From positions 3,122-67,121 of the forward strand of contig CALMYG010000169.1 of assembly GCA_937873455.1 (NCBI GenBank): a DNA stretch of 64,000 nucleotides, read 5' to 3'. This DNA is from an uncultured Verrucomicrobiota bacterium. GTDB taxonomy: Bacteria > Verrucomicrobiota > Kiritimatiellia > CAIVKH01. This document shows, piece after piece, positions 32,351-42,013 of the stretch (its first letter is position 1; each line of letters starts with the position of its first letter). The notes beneath the pieces are model-generated. The model saw only the letters and a program-made list of their open reading frames with translations. It ran no database searches and had not been told where the DNA came from. The position numbers and the translations under genes are program-made.

Positions 32351-32424
32351 TGGTTGCCCGACTAGGATTCGAACCTAGACTCTGACCTCCAAAGGGTCGT
32401 GTGCTGCCATTACACTATCGGGCA
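32351..32424 (-). tRNA. tRNA-Gln (anticodon TTG), CCA encoded
   Basis: Hand-folded cloverleaf: U1-A72 (typical of bacterial tRNA-Gln), D stem GTGT/GCAC, anticodon loop CUUUGGA, T arm CTAGG-TTCGAAT-CCTAG. There is one mismatch at the base of the anticodon stem. It lies 17 nt upstream of prs. Confidence 0.75.
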
Positions 32425-32677
32425 GTCAAGAAAGCGGGCCGCCGACTTCCACCGGATCGCCCCGCCTGCTTCACGCCGCCTCCAGCCATTCACCGTTCGA
32501 CGCCCCCGGCGCCGAATCGTCGCATGCTTTGAGGGTACCCAGCCGGACGCAAACTTGGGAAACTACGCAAGCCGACCCTCTCCCGTCAAGCGAACAATGG
32601 TGTCCGGACGCTTTTTTTTCGTGCATCCATCCCGAACTTGTTTATCGTGCAATCCCCGGATACCCTTACCGTACGCC

Positions 32678-33763
32678 ATGAAGCTGATTGATAAATACCT
32701 GCTGGCCACTTTTTTGGTTCCCCTGGGCTATTGCCTGGCGGCCTTCACCTTGGTGTATGTAATTTTCGACCTGTTTGATCACCTCAACGACTTTGTCGAA
32801 GGCCAAACCCCGATTGGGGACGTCATCACCTACTACATCGTGCTGATGCCGTCCGTCCTGGTTTTCATTGTTCCCATATCCTTGTTGCTGGCCGTGTTGT
32901 ACAGCTTGTCCAGCCTTACCAAAAACAATGAAATTACCGCCATGCGCGCATCCGGCATCAGCATGATCCGCTTGATGACACCTTTTCTGCTGGTCGGGCT
33001 GCTGGCCTCCCTCGGCGTCTTGGCCGTCAACGAAACCGTCGGCCCGGATGCCGCCTGGTGGAGCAAAAAGTTCGTCACCGAACAGCGGAAGGCCGACCCG
33101 GATGACGTCCATACCGCCGAATTGGCCTTTCACAAGGATAACGCCAACCGATTCTGGTACATCCAGCGCTTCGATACCCGGGACTTCAGCATGCGCCGGA
33201 TCGAAGTGATCCAAATGGGCGAGGATAATCAGGAAGAGTACAAGTTGAATGCCGCCGAAGGACGCTGGCTGGACGGATACTGGGTGTTCACCGATATCAC
33301 CATCCAATACTACGATGACGAAGGCAACCCCCGGGGGCCCGCCCGCCAGGCCGCATTCCGGGAAATGACCGAGTTCAACGAAAAACCATCGGATTTCCTG
33401 AGCGAAATCAAACCGCCGGAATTTATGTCGTCGCGGGAATTGCTGCGCTACCTCCGGGTTAATCGCAACCTGCAGGCGGAAGCGAAATTGCGCCGCACCG
33501 TGGATCTTCACTTCCGCCTGGCCCAACCCTGGACCTGCTTCATTGTAACCTTGCTGGGCATTCCATTCGGCAATCAAACCGGACGCAAAGGCGCCCTCCG
33601 CGGATTCGTCCTCTCGATTGGTTTATTTTTCGGCTATTACGCCCTGATCAATTTCGGACTTTATCTTGGTAAAGGCGGGTTGCTGCCCCCCTGGCTGGCC
33701 GGTTGGTCGCCCAATATGATTTTCTTTACCACCGGGGTAATCCTGATTTACCGGATGCGGTAA
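32678..33763 (+). CDS. LPS export ABC permease of the LptF/LptG (YjgP/YjgQ) family; single copy
   Basis: 362 aa with an N-terminal TM cluster, a central periplasmic beta-jellyroll region, and 3 C-terminal TMs. Start at MKLIDKYLLATFLVPLGY. Confidence 0.75.
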   Translation: MKLIDKYLLATFLVPLGYCLAAFTLVYVIFDLFDHLNDFVEGQTPIGDVITYYIVLMPSVLVFIVPISLLLAVLYSLSSLTKNNEITAMRASGISMIRLMTPFLLVGLLASLGVLAVNETVGPDAAWWSKKFVTEQRKADPDDVHTAELAFHKDNANRFWYIQRFDTRDFSMRRIEVIQMGEDNQEEYKLNAAEGRWLDGYWVFTDITIQYYDDEGNPRGPARQAAFREMTEFNEKPSDFLSEIKPPEFMSSRELLRYLRVNRNLQAEAKLRRTVDLHFRLAQPWTCFIVTLLGIPFGNQTGRKGALRGFVLSIGLFFGYYALINFGLYLGKGGLLPPWLAGWSPNMIFFTTGVILIYRMR

Positions 33764-33811
33764 AGACAGTCGGTTGACGTGATGTAAAGCTGTGCTAGGT
33801 TTTCTACACTG

Positions 33812-34183
33812 ATGAAGGATCCGGCTATGGACCAAGAAAATAACCAAGCACTCAAGGACGTGGTCGTCTTCACCGGAGACGATCCCGGCGCCTTGCAACC
33901 GCAAACCTTTCAGATGTGCGGCTTGGGCGTTCAGTTTTATTCCGACCGCTTAATTCCAGAGTTCGAGATCATGGAGTTTGATCTCAAGGTCAATGACGAT
34001 CCGGATAATCCGGAAAATGTGCATTGCACCGGCGCGGTTGTGCGCTGCCAGGAAGTTAACGACAAGGCGGGAAAATACCGGGCTTGGCTCAAATTTATCG
34101 ACACCCCGGATGTCGCTTGCGGGCAGGTAGCCTGTGTCGCGCGCAAAGGTAAACACCTCTGCACCTTCTGCGAAAACTACTAG
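33812..34183 (+). CDS. Small Cys-rich hypothetical protein (8 Cys in 123 aa; possible Zn-ribbon / PilZ-like beta-barrel), in a locally low-GC segment
   Basis: ORF-track ORF. Motifs: GLGVQF, HCTG...RCQ, VACGQVACV, HLCTFCENY. GC is visibly lower than in the flanks. Confidence 0.4.
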   Translation: MKDPAMDQENNQALKDVVVFTGDDPGALQPQTFQMCGLGVQFYSDRLIPEFEIMEFDLKVNDDPDNPENVHCTGAVVRCQEVNDKAGKYRAWLKFIDTPDVACGQVACVARKGKHLCTFCENY

Positions 34184-34241
34184 GCTGGCGCATCCGCGAA
34201 AAAACCGGCGTGTAACCGCGGGTATGTCGCTATCCGGGCGG

Positions 34242-34589
34242 TTAAATCTTCAGCAGGCCCAGCACGAGGGCAATCAAAAGAAAAGCGGTTGCCCCGAAAA
34301 TGGCCGCGGAAAACCGGGGAAACGGACTCCCGTCCACCTTGCGCCGTTCCAGCTTGGATTTAACCGCCAGCCCGGACAAAGCCAGCGTCACCAACAGCAC
34401 CATCAGAAAGGCGATGAAGTTTTTCGTGTAGTGAGGAGTCTGGGCGCCCGCCTTGCCCACCAGCGGGAGGATCATGCACAGGAACAGGAATGACAACCCG
34501 CCGGCGATGGACAATGCCGAGCCCACGTCTGCACGCGCCAATCCAAGCGGACTGCTTGTTTCACGTTGACGCGAGCCGGCCATGGCCAT
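34242..34589 (-). CDS. Small 3-TM membrane microprotein immediately downstream (8 nt) of rplQ
   Basis: About 115 aa from the internal ATG (MAMAGSRQ...). It has three hydrophobic helices and sits at the operon-terminal position. Confidence 0.4.
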   Translation of the reverse strand: MAMAGSRQRETSSPLGLARADVGSALSIAGGLSFLFLCMILPLVGKAGAQTPHYTKNFIAFLMVLLVTLALSGLAVKSKLERRKVDGSPFPRFSAAIFGATAFLLIALVLGLLKI

Positions 34590-34597
34590 CCGCCTCC

Positions 34598-35017
34598 TTA
34601 ACCCTTCGACTCGTCGCCCGGCTTGGCCGGCTTCTCCACGGTCTTCTTGGGCGCCGGGGGAACATAGTTGACCCACTCAATGAGGGCCATTTCCGAGCCG
34701 TCGCTTGCGCGCTTGCCCAACTTGTAGATGCGGGTGTAGCCGCCTTGGCGATCCTTAAAAGCCGGCGCGACGGAGCTGAACAGCTCACCCACCGCCGTGG
34801 TGTTCTTCAGGGTGGCCAGGGCGCGGCGACGCGCGGACAACGTTTCTTGTTTGCCCAGCGTCACCATTTTTTCCGCCACGCTGCGAAGCACCTTGGCCTT
34901 GGCCAAGGTGGTTTTAATCCGTTTGGCGGCGATCAGGCTGCACACTTGATTGGCGAGCATCGCGTCGCGGTGCGAACCGGTGCGGCCCAGCTTGATGGTA
35001 CGTTTGCGATGGCGCAT
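34598..35017 (-). CDS. rplQ: 50S ribosomal protein L17
   Basis: MRHRKRTIKLGRTGSHRDAMLANQVCSLI... Confidence 0.9.
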   Translation of the reverse strand: MRHRKRTIKLGRTGSHRDAMLANQVCSLIAAKRIKTTLAKAKVLRSVAEKMVTLGKQETLSARRRALATLKNTTAVGELFSSVAPAFKDRQGGYTRIYKLGKRASDGSEMALIEWVNYVPPAPKKTVEKPAKPGDESKG

Positions 35018-35026
35018 GACTCGACC

Positions 35027-36055
35027 TTAACCTTTCTTTTCCGAACCCAGGTCGGAACCCGCGGCGACCGGTCGCAACAAGTCCGCATCCAGCGTCATGC
35101 CCAAGCCGAGACCGAGCTCTTCCAGCTTGGCCTTGATCTCGTTCAACGACTTCTTGCCGAAATTGCGGTACTTCAACATTTCCGACTCGGACTTCTGGGC
35201 CAGCTCGCCCACGGTAGTGATGTTGGCATTGTTCAAGCAGTTGGCGGCGCGCACGCTCAATTCGATTTCGTTGACGCTCATCAACAACTTCTTGCGGAGA
35301 TCCTCGCGCTCGGCGTCCACCTGCTGAACGTTTTCTTCAAATTCAACCAGATCGCGATCCAGGCTGACGAACACGTCCAGATGATGCCGGAGAATCGCCG
35401 CCGACATGGTCAACGCTTCTTCGGGAGTGGCCCGTCCATCGGTCCAGATATCCATGATCAGTTTATCGTAATCGGTGCGGCGTCCCACCCGGGTGCTTTC
35501 CACCGCATAGGCGACCCGGCGAACCGGCGAAAACAGGGAGTCAATGGGGATCAACCCGATTTCCTGCTCGGGTTTTTTGTTCCAGTCGGCCTGGCAATAA
35601 CCACGACCGATGCGAACTTCCAACTCGGCGGAAAACTTGCCGTCGGCATCCAGGGTGCAAATGTGCTGATCGGGGTTGAGCACTTCCACGCTACCGTCGG
35701 TCTTGATGTCGCCGGCGGTCACTTCGCCGGGGCCGGTCACGTTGATCGTGACCTTGCGGGCATCCCGGCTGTACAGCTTGAGCAACACTTTTTTCAAGTT
35801 GAGGATGATCTCGGTCACGTCTTCGACGACGCCGGGCAACGAGCAAAACTCGTGCATGGCGCCCTCGATCTTGACCGTGGTGATGGCCGCGCCTTCCAGC
35901 GAGCTCAACAAAACACGACGCAACGAGTTGCCGATTGTACGGCCATAGCCGGCCTCAAACGGTTCGGCGATAAAGCGACCGAAATTTTCCGCCGCTTCCG
36001 ATTCATCTTTCACAATACGCTTCGGCATTTCGAAGCGTGCTAATCTCCTAGGCAT
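35027..36055 (-). CDS. rpoA: DNA-directed RNA polymerase subunit alpha
   Basis: N-terminal domain with YGRTIGNSLRRVLLSSLEGAAIT, plus the C-terminal domain. Confidence 0.9.
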   Translation of the reverse strand: MPRRLARFEMPKRIVKDESEAAENFGRFIAEPFEAGYGRTIGNSLRRVLLSSLEGAAITTVKIEGAMHEFCSLPGVVEDVTEIILNLKKVLLKLYSRDARKVTINVTGPGEVTAGDIKTDGSVEVLNPDQHICTLDADGKFSAELEVRIGRGYCQADWNKKPEQEIGLIPIDSLFSPVRRVAYAVESTRVGRRTDYDKLIMDIWTDGRATPEEALTMSAAILRHHLDVFVSLDRDLVEFEENVQQVDAEREDLRKKLLMSVNEIELSVRAANCLNNANITTVGELAQKSESEMLKYRNFGKKSLNEIKAKLEELGLGLGMTLDADLLRPVAAGSDLGSEKKG

Positions 36056-36111
36056 GACGTACTTCTCCCAGAACCGGGCGTTAGCCGGCTCGTATGGTGA
36101 TACTGACTTTG

Positions 36112-36738
36112 TTACTTCGAATACAATTCCACGATCAACTGCTCGTTGACGGTGGGCGAAATTTCATCGCGGCTCGGCACATGCACAATGCGGCCTTCAA
36201 ACGCCGACTTGTCCAGCGCCAACCAAGGCGCAAGACCGCGGCTTTCCCCCTGCTCGATGTGCGGACCGGCGTAGGCGCGGCTGTGTTCCTGATTCTTCAC
36301 CGCCACCACATCCCCGGCTTTGAGTACCATGGACGGAATGCTGGCCTTCTTGCCGTTGACCAGGATATGGCCATGTTGCACAAACTGGCGGGCGGCCCGG
36401 CGCGAGGGCGCGAAACCGAGGCGATACACCAGGTTGTCCAGACGCATTTCCAACAACTGGAGCAGCTTCTCGCCGGTAATACCGCGGGTTTTCAATGCCC
36501 GCTGGAAAAACAACCGGAACTGACTTTCCTGCATGCCGTACGTCCGGCGCAGCTTCTGCTTCTCGCGGAGCTGAACACCGTAATCCGACAACTTGCTGCG
36601 ACGCTGACCGTGCATGCCCGGAGCGGGATGACCCTGCTCAATCGGGCACTTCGCCATGTAGCAACGATCACCCTTCAAGAACAATTTCATGCCTTCGCGA
36701 CGGCACTGTTTGCACGCTGGACCTGTATACCTACCCAT
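36112..36738 (-). CDS. rpsD: 30S ribosomal protein S4
   Basis: MGRYTGPACKQCRREGMKLFLKGDRC..., zinc-ribbon-type N-terminus. Confidence 0.9.
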   Translation of the reverse strand: MGRYTGPACKQCRREGMKLFLKGDRCYMAKCPIEQGHPAPGMHGQRRSKLSDYGVQLREKQKLRRTYGMQESQFRLFFQRALKTRGITGEKLLQLLEMRLDNLVYRLGFAPSRRAARQFVQHGHILVNGKKASIPSMVLKAGDVVAVKNQEHSRAYAGPHIEQGESRGLAPWLALDKSAFEGRIVHVPSRDEISPTVNEQLIVELYSK

Positions 36739-36767
36739 AAACTTCTCTTCGCTCCTGATGATGGAAA

Positions 36768-37292
36768 TTAGACCCGGCGACGCTTGCGCGGGCGGCAGCC
36801 GTTGTGCGGCATCGGGGTGACATCCTTGATCGCGGTTACGTTGATCCCGGAGGCCTGGATCGCGCGAATGGCGCTTTCCCGACCGGCTCCCGGACCTTGC
36901 ACGCGGACTTCGACTTCCTGAAGGCCATGGTTCATCGCCTGACGGGCGGCGTCCTGGGCTGCCATGGTGGCGGCAAAGGCCGTGCTCTTGCGCGAGCCCT
37001 TGAACCCGGAACGACCGGCGGTGCTCCAGCCGATGACATTGCCTTTCAAGTCGGTGATGGAAACGATGGTGTTGTTGAACGTAGAGGTGACATGCACCAC
37101 GCCGATCGGAACATTCTTGGCGCCCTTGATCTTGACCCGCTTGATCGTGGCGACCCCGCTGTCCAGCAGGCTCTCCACACTCGGGTTATCGCCCGCGACA
37201 ATCGCCGCTTCCGCGGGTTTTTCAACCTTCGCGTCAACGGGTTCCTTGGCTGCCTTTTCCTTCGGCGCTTTTGCTGCTTTTTCTTCGGCCAT
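36768..37292 (-). CDS. rpsK: 30S ribosomal protein S11 with a ~45 aa Lys/Ala/Pro/Glu-rich N-terminal extension
   Basis: The S11 core (...[28 protein letters not shown]...) is preceded by [29 protein letters not shown]. Confidence 0.9.
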   Translation of the reverse strand: MAEEKAAKAPKEKAAKEPVDAKVEKPAEAAIVAGDNPSVESLLDSGVATIKRVKIKGAKNVPIGVVHVTSTFNNTIVSITDLKGNVIGWSTAGRSGFKGSRKSTAFAATMAAQDAARQAMNHGLQEVEVRVQGPGAGRESAIRAIQASGINVTAIKDVTPMPHNGCRPRKRRRV

Positions 37293-37324
37293 AATGAGAG
37301 TTCCTTAACCTGGAGAAACGATGG

Positions 37325-37729
37325 TTACTTGGTGGCGGCCTTGACGGCCGACCGGGCTTCCTTGCCGCGCACCGCGCCAACCGTCTTGCGCGGGCCCTTG
37401 CGGGTCCGGGCGTTGGTCGAGGTCCGCTGTCCGCGAACCGGCAAGCCACGGCGATGACGGGTGCCCCGGTAGGAGTTGATGCTGATTAAACGGCGGATGT
37501 TTTGGGAAACTTCCCGACGCAAATCGCCTTCGGTACGGTATTCGGTTTGCAGGAGGTGCGTAATCTTCGCGATTTCGTCATCGTTCAGATCGTCGGCTTT
37601 TTTTGCGCCGTCAATCCCGGTCTTGGCGATGATTTCAAGCGCCAGGGCGGGACCGATCCCGTAAATGTAACGCAGGGCGTACTCCACCCGCTTCTTACCC
37701 GGAATATCTATACCAAAAATACGCGGCAT
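37325..37729 (-). CDS. rpsM: 30S ribosomal protein S13
   Basis: [26 protein letters not shown]... Confidence 0.9.
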   Translation of the reverse strand: MPRIFGIDIPGKKRVEYALRYIYGIGPALALEIIAKTGIDGAKKADDLNDDEIAKITHLLQTEYRTEGDLRREVSQNIRRLISINSYRGTRHRRGLPVRGQRTSTNARTRKGPRKTVGAVRGKEARSAVKAATK

Positions 37730-37742
37730 ACCATGCTTCTCC

Positions 37743-37856
37743 TTAACCCTGACGCTGTTTGTGGCGGGGATTGGTGCAAATCACCCGGACCACGCCCTTG
37801 CGGCGGATCATTTTGCAACGTTCACAAATTCGTTTAACTGAAGTTCTAACCTTCAT
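37743..37856 (-). CDS. rpmJ: 50S ribosomal protein L36 (Zn-ribbon type)
   Basis: Not in the ORF track (below its length cutoff). Translated by hand as [37 protein letters not shown]. Its ATG overlaps the infA stop (ATGA). Confidence 0.85.
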   Translation of the reverse strand: MKVRTSVKRICERCKMIRRKGVVRVICTNPRHKQRQG

Positions 37857-38101
37857 GATCTCACATCCTGTGGGAAAACCAACTCTCCACGACTCATATC
37901 AAAAGGCGACATACGCACCCGCGCGTCCGCCCCCGGCGCAAGCGATACCGTACCGGGAATCGCTCCATGACGGGGAACATACGCAACCAGCGTGTGGCCA
38001 TTTTTCAAGACCGCACGAAAAGCGCGACTATTTATCACCTCGACCAGACGAACGTCCAGCACAAAGTTTTCACTATTTTCATTTTCCGGACCGGCGGGCA
38101 T
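37853..38101 (-). CDS. infA: Translation initiation factor IF-1 (divergent S1-like OB fold)
   Basis: Sits between adk and rpmJ. ...[33 protein letters not shown]...[12 protein letters not shown] resembles IF-1. The start may instead be the TTG at 38128. Confidence 0.65.
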   Translation of the reverse strand: MPAGPENENSENFVLDVRLVEVINSRAFRAVLKNGHTLVAYVPRHGAIPGTVSLAPGADARVRMSPFDMSRGELVFPQDVRS

Positions 38102-38124
38102 TCCTGTAGCGTTGACCGGACCGG

Positions 38125-38772
38125 TCAACCCTTCAGATACCGGATAATGGCCTCTTCCGTGGCCAACCGGTCCACCGCATCCACCCGCACCAGCACGCCC
38201 ACCTTCTCGTAATAGTCGATCAGTTCGGCGGTCTGGCGTTCAAAAACATCCAAGCGGTTGTTGAGGGTAGCCTCGGTATCGTCGGCCCGCTGGTAAATAT
38301 CGGTGCTGCCGCACATATCGCACACCCCTTCGACCTTGGGCCGTTTGGTGTGGATGTTGTACACGGCGCCGCAGGCCCGGCAAATTCTCCGCCCGCAAAT
38401 ACGGCGGATCAGGACCTCGCGCGGCACCTCCAACAGAAACACGAACCGGACCCGCGCGCCGTGCGCGGCCAATACCTCGTCAAATTTTTCGGCTTGGGCC
38501 GTGGTGCGGGGAAATCCGTCGAACATATAACGGGCATCCGTCGACCCCGACTCGATCAATTCGTTCACCAACTTGAGGATTACGTCGTCCGGGACCAACT
38601 CTCCTCGCTCCATGAACCGCTTGGCTTCCAGCCCCAGCGGCTTTTCCGCCTTGATCGCACTGCGCAGCATATCGCCGGTGGACACATGGCTGAAGTGCAC
38701 CGCGTTGCGGATGTCTTCGGCTACGGTGCCCTTCCCCGCGCCCGGCGCGCCCAGCAGTACGATCGCGTCCAT
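38125..38772 (-). CDS. adk: Adenylate kinase (long form with a Zn-binding LID: CGRRICRACG...CDMCG)
   Basis: P-loop LLGAPGAGKGT, and a LID domain with 4 Cys. Confidence 0.9.
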   Translation of the reverse strand: MDAIVLLGAPGAGKGTVAEDIRNAVHFSHVSTGDMLRSAIKAEKPLGLEAKRFMERGELVPDDVILKLVNELIESGSTDARYMFDGFPRTTAQAEKFDEVLAAHGARVRFVFLLEVPREVLIRRICGRRICRACGAVYNIHTKRPKVEGVCDMCGSTDIYQRADDTEATLNNRLDVFERQTAELIDYYEKVGVLVRVDAVDRLATEEAIIRYLKG

Positions 38773-38773
38773 C

Positions 38774-40120
38774 TTAGCGGCGTCCCCGCAATTTACCCTT
38801 CTTCAGGAAACCGTCGTAATACCGGGTCACCAGATGCGACTCGATTTGCCGCATGGTATCCAGCATCACGCCGACAATAATCAACAAACTGGTTCCGCCG
38901 AAAAATTGCGCCACGATCCATGGCACCCGGAAATTCGTCGCCATGATCGACGGGAAGACCGCAATGATCGCCAGGAAGACCGCGCCGGCCAGGGTGATGC
39001 GGGTCATCGTGCGATCCAAGAACTCCGCCGTGGGCTTGCCCGGACGAATGCCCGGCACGTACCCGCCGTGTTTCTTGAGATCATCGGCGATCTGAACCGG
39101 ATTAAACTGGGTGGCCACCCAGAAGTAGGAGAAAAAGAGAATGGTCAGACCGAAAATGATGTTGAACAACGCGGAATCCGGACGGAAATGGATCGCTGCG
39201 CGCTGGAAGAACTCCAGGGGAATCATCTGGAGGATTTTTTCGGGGAACATCAGAATCGCCTGGGCGAAGATGATCGGCATCACGCCGGAGTAATTCACCC
39301 GCAGCGGCATGTAGGTGCTCTGCCCGCCGTACACCTTCCGGCCGACCACGCGCTTGGCATACTGGACCGGAATTTTGCGCTGAGCCTGGGTCATGGCCAC
39401 CACACCGGCGATAACCACCAGGATCATGACCAGCAAGCCGATGGCATGAAACACCGTGAACTGCACCACGCCGTCCACCGGCTGGAACATCGCAATGGCT
39501 TTCTGGATCGCGCTCGGCAGCGAGCTGACAATACCGATGGTGATAATCAGCGAAATGCCGTTTCCGATGCCGCGCTCGGTAATCTGCTCGCCCAACCACA
39601 TCAGCAACATGGTGCCGGTGGTCATGGTGACAATCGTCAACAACCGGAAGCCCCACCCTTCCATGTGCACAATCTTGCCGGCGACGCCGAACGCCTGGGG
39701 ATTTTCCAGGGTGACCGCCATCGCATAGCCCTGCACGATGCAGAGCAACACGGTGAGATAACGCGTATATTGGGTGATTTTCTGGCGTCCGGAGTCGCCT
39801 TCACGCGCCAAACGCTCCAGGGTCGGCACCACCGCCGTCATCAACTGAATGATGATCGACGCGCTGATGTAGGGCATAATGCCCAGCGCCCCGACGGCGG
39901 CATTCTGCAACGCGCCGCCGCTGAACAGGTCGAACATGCCGACAAAGCTGCCGCCCGCCATGCTGTGCAGTTGGTCAATGAACGCGCGCAACGCCACCGC
40001 GTCCACGCCCGGAGTGGGAACCGCGGCGATCAAGCGGCAGATAAACACCAGGCCGAACGTAAAAAATATACGCTGGCGCAACTCGGGAATGCGAAGGCTG
40101 TTGGCGAATGCGGATAACAT
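38774..40120 (-). CDS. secY: Protein translocase subunit SecY
   Basis: 10-TM SecY fold. Start at MLSAFANSLRIPELRQRI. Confidence 0.9.
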   Translation of the reverse strand: MLSAFANSLRIPELRQRIFFTFGLVFICRLIAAVPTPGVDAVALRAFIDQLHSMAGGSFVGMFDLFSGGALQNAAVGALGIMPYISASIIIQLMTAVVPTLERLAREGDSGRQKITQYTRYLTVLLCIVQGYAMAVTLENPQAFGVAGKIVHMEGWGFRLLTIVTMTTGTMLLMWLGEQITERGIGNGISLIITIGIVSSLPSAIQKAIAMFQPVDGVVQFTVFHAIGLLVMILVVIAGVVAMTQAQRKIPVQYAKRVVGRKVYGGQSTYMPLRVNYSGVMPIIFAQAILMFPEKILQMIPLEFFQRAAIHFRPDSALFNIIFGLTILFFSYFWVATQFNPVQIADDLKKHGGYVPGIRPGKPTAEFLDRTMTRITLAGAVFLAIIAVFPSIMATNFRVPWIVAQFFGGTSLLIIVGVMLDTMRQIESHLVTRYYDGFLKKGKLRGRR

Positions 40121-40131
40121 GGCGTGACCGA

Positions 40132-40575
40132 TCAATCCAAGGTGATGCATTCACCGCCGGCCGCGGTGATTTTCTCCCGGGCGGCGGCGCTGAAGGCGTG
40201 AGCCTTGACGGTAAATTTTTTGGTCAGTTCGCCGTCGCCCAGCACTTTGACCGGGCGAACCAGGTCATGCACCAAACCCGCCTGCTCAAGAACCGCCGGC
40301 GTGATCTCCGTCCCGGCCTCAAAGGCCTCCAGATCGGCCAGATTGACCGGCGCGTAAAAGACTTTGACCGGATTGTTGAAGCCGCGCTTGGGAATTTTCC
40401 GGATCAAACGCATCTGACCGCCTTCAAAGGTGGCTTTGCGTTTGTGACCCGAGCGGGACATCTGGCCCTTGGTGCCCCGGCCGGACGTTTTGCCGTGACC
40501 GGAAGATTCGCCGCAGCCGACCCGCTTCTTCTTGCGGACCGCTCCGGGGGCGTTTTTCATGGAGTGCAATTGCAT
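40132..40575 (-). CDS. rplO: 50S ribosomal protein L15
   Basis: Gly/Lys/Arg-rich N-terminus followed by the L15 core. It follows rpsE directly, with no rpmD (L30) between them. Confidence 0.9.
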   Translation of the reverse strand: MQLHSMKNAPGAVRKKKRVGCGESSGHGKTSGRGTKGQMSRSGHKRKATFEGGQMRLIRKIPKRGFNNPVKVFYAPVNLADLEAFEAGTEITPAVLEQAGLVHDLVRPVKVLGDGELTKKFTVKAHAFSAAAREKITAAGGECITLD

Positions 40576-40587
40576 GATGAGGATTCC

Positions 40588-41088
40588 TTACTTGGCCGCG
40601 AGGGTTATACCGCGATCTTCAAAGATCGCCTCGCGGGATGACAGTTGACGCAGACCAATCATGGTCGCGCGAATCACGTTGAGCGGATTGGTGCTGCCCA
40701 TCGACTTGGCCAGCACATCACGGATACCGGACAGCTCAAGGACGGCGCGCATGCCGCCGCCGGCAATGACCCCGGTACCTTCCGAAGCCGGACGCATGAA
40801 AACCGCGGCGCCGTCAAATTTACTGGTCACCTCGTGGGGAATGGTTTTCCCCTTCATGGCCACGCGGATGGTATTCCGCTTGGCCGCTTCGGTGCCCTTG
40901 CGGATCGCGTCGGCGACTTCGTTGGCTTTGCCCAGGGCAAAACCGACACGCCCGTTGCGATCACCCACGACCACCAGCGCGCTGAAACTGAAACGACGGC
41001 CGCCTTTGACAACCTTCGCGCAACGGTTGACGTGAATTACCCGCTCTTCAAAATCGGAGCGTCCTTCTCGTTCTTTCACTTCATTCAC
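40588..41088 (-). CDS. rpsE: 30S ribosomal protein S5
   Basis: ...[27 protein letters not shown]... Confidence 0.9.
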   Translation of the reverse strand: MNEVKEREGRSDFEERVIHVNRCAKVVKGGRRFSFSALVVVGDRNGRVGFALGKANEVADAIRKGTEAAKRNTIRVAMKGKTIPHEVTSKFDGAAVFMRPASEGTGVIAGGGMRAVLELSGIRDVLAKSMGSTNPLNVIRATMIGLRQLSSREAIFEDRGITLAAK

Positions 41089-41104
41089 AAATCATTCTCC
41101 TCGA

Positions 41105-41464
41105 TCAAAACTTCAGTCCGTTTTCCCGGGCCGCTTCGGCCAGGATTTTGATGCGTCCGCGGTACGGAAACCCGCCGCGGTCGAATACCACATTGGAAAT
41201 GCCGGCCGCCTTGGCGGCTTCGGCCGCTTGTGCGCCAAGTTGTTTGGCGTCCTCGGACGAACAGCGTTTCCCGGAAGCCGCCGTCAATTTCTGACTGGAA
41301 GCGGAGGCCAGGGTGCGGGAGGCCTCGTCGTCGATGAACTGCACATACATGTGCAAATTCGAAACGAAAACCTGCATGCGCGGGCGTTCCGCCGTGCCGG
41401 AAACTTTCCGGCGCAACCGCAAATGACGGCGGACACGATATTCTGCATTGGTTTTTACTTTCAT
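41105..41464 (-). CDS. rplR: 50S ribosomal protein L18
   Basis: ...RPRMQVFVSNLHMYVQFIDD...VVFDRGGFPYRGRIKILAEAARENGLKF. Confidence 0.9.
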   Translation of the reverse strand: MKVKTNAEYRVRRHLRLRRKVSGTAERPRMQVFVSNLHMYVQFIDDEASRTLASASSQKLTAASGKRCSSEDAKQLGAQAAEAAKAAGISNVVFDRGGFPYRGRIKILAEAARENGLKF

Positions 41465-41466
41465 GA

Positions 41467-42003
41467 TTAAGCCACCGCCTTGCCGGCCTTCCGGCGCACA
41501 TGTTCACCCTTATACCGCACGCCTTTGCCTTTGTAGGGTTCGGCCGGGTAAAACGAACGAATCCGCGAGGAAACCTGGCCGACCAATTGCTTGTCCGCCC
41601 CGCTTACCGCGATGTTGGTGCCGTCGGCCACCTTGATGGTAATACCGTCGGGAATGTCGAAATCAATCGGATGGGAATACCCCAGCGCCAGATTTAATTT
41701 CTGCCCCTGGACGCTGGCCTTGAAGCCGACGCCCTGGATTTCCAATTCACGCGTGTACCCCGTATGCACGCCGACGATCATGTTGCTGATCAAACTGCGG
41801 ATGGTGCCGTGCATGGCGCGGGCAAACGGCGTATCGGCGATCGGGGTGACCACCACTTCGTTGCCTTCCACCTTGACGGAAATTTCCGCCGGCACCTGGA
41901 GGGTTAAGTCGCCTTTCGGGCCCTTGATTTTGACGGTTTGGCCTTCCACCGCGGCCTGAACGCCCGCGGTTAGCTCCACCGGTTTTTTTCCAATACGTGA
42001 CAT
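41467..42003 (-). CDS. rplF: 50S ribosomal protein L6
   Basis: Start at MSRIGKKPVEL.... Confidence 0.9.
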   Translation of the reverse strand: MSRIGKKPVELTAGVQAAVEGQTVKIKGPKGDLTLQVPAEISVKVEGNEVVVTPIADTPFARAMHGTIRSLISNMIVGVHTGYTRELEIQGVGFKASVQGQKLNLALGYSHPIDFDIPDGITIKVADGTNIAVSGADKQLVGQVSSRIRSFYPAEPYKGKGVRYKGEHVRRKAGKAVA

Positions 42004-42013
42004 AACAAGTTCC

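Noticed and set aside
32601-32620. 8-T run after the palindrome gtccggac upstream of the lptF/G-family gene, which resembles a terminator
   Set aside because: The palindrome is too short to form a stable stem-loop and no plus-strand gene lies upstream. It is more likely an AT-rich UP-like promoter element for the permease gene.
34184-34241. Possible bidirectional terminator between the convergent Cys-rich ORF and the 3-TM microprotein (accgcgggtatgtcgctatccgggcggt)
   Set aside because: The inverted repeat is imperfect and lacks a flanking T-tract or A-tract, so it is not strong enough to call.
40575-40588. Missing rpmD (L30) between rpsE and rplO
   Set aside because: Absence of L30 is a known lineage trait in many bacterial phyla and is not a deletion artefact. 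It is noted only as context.
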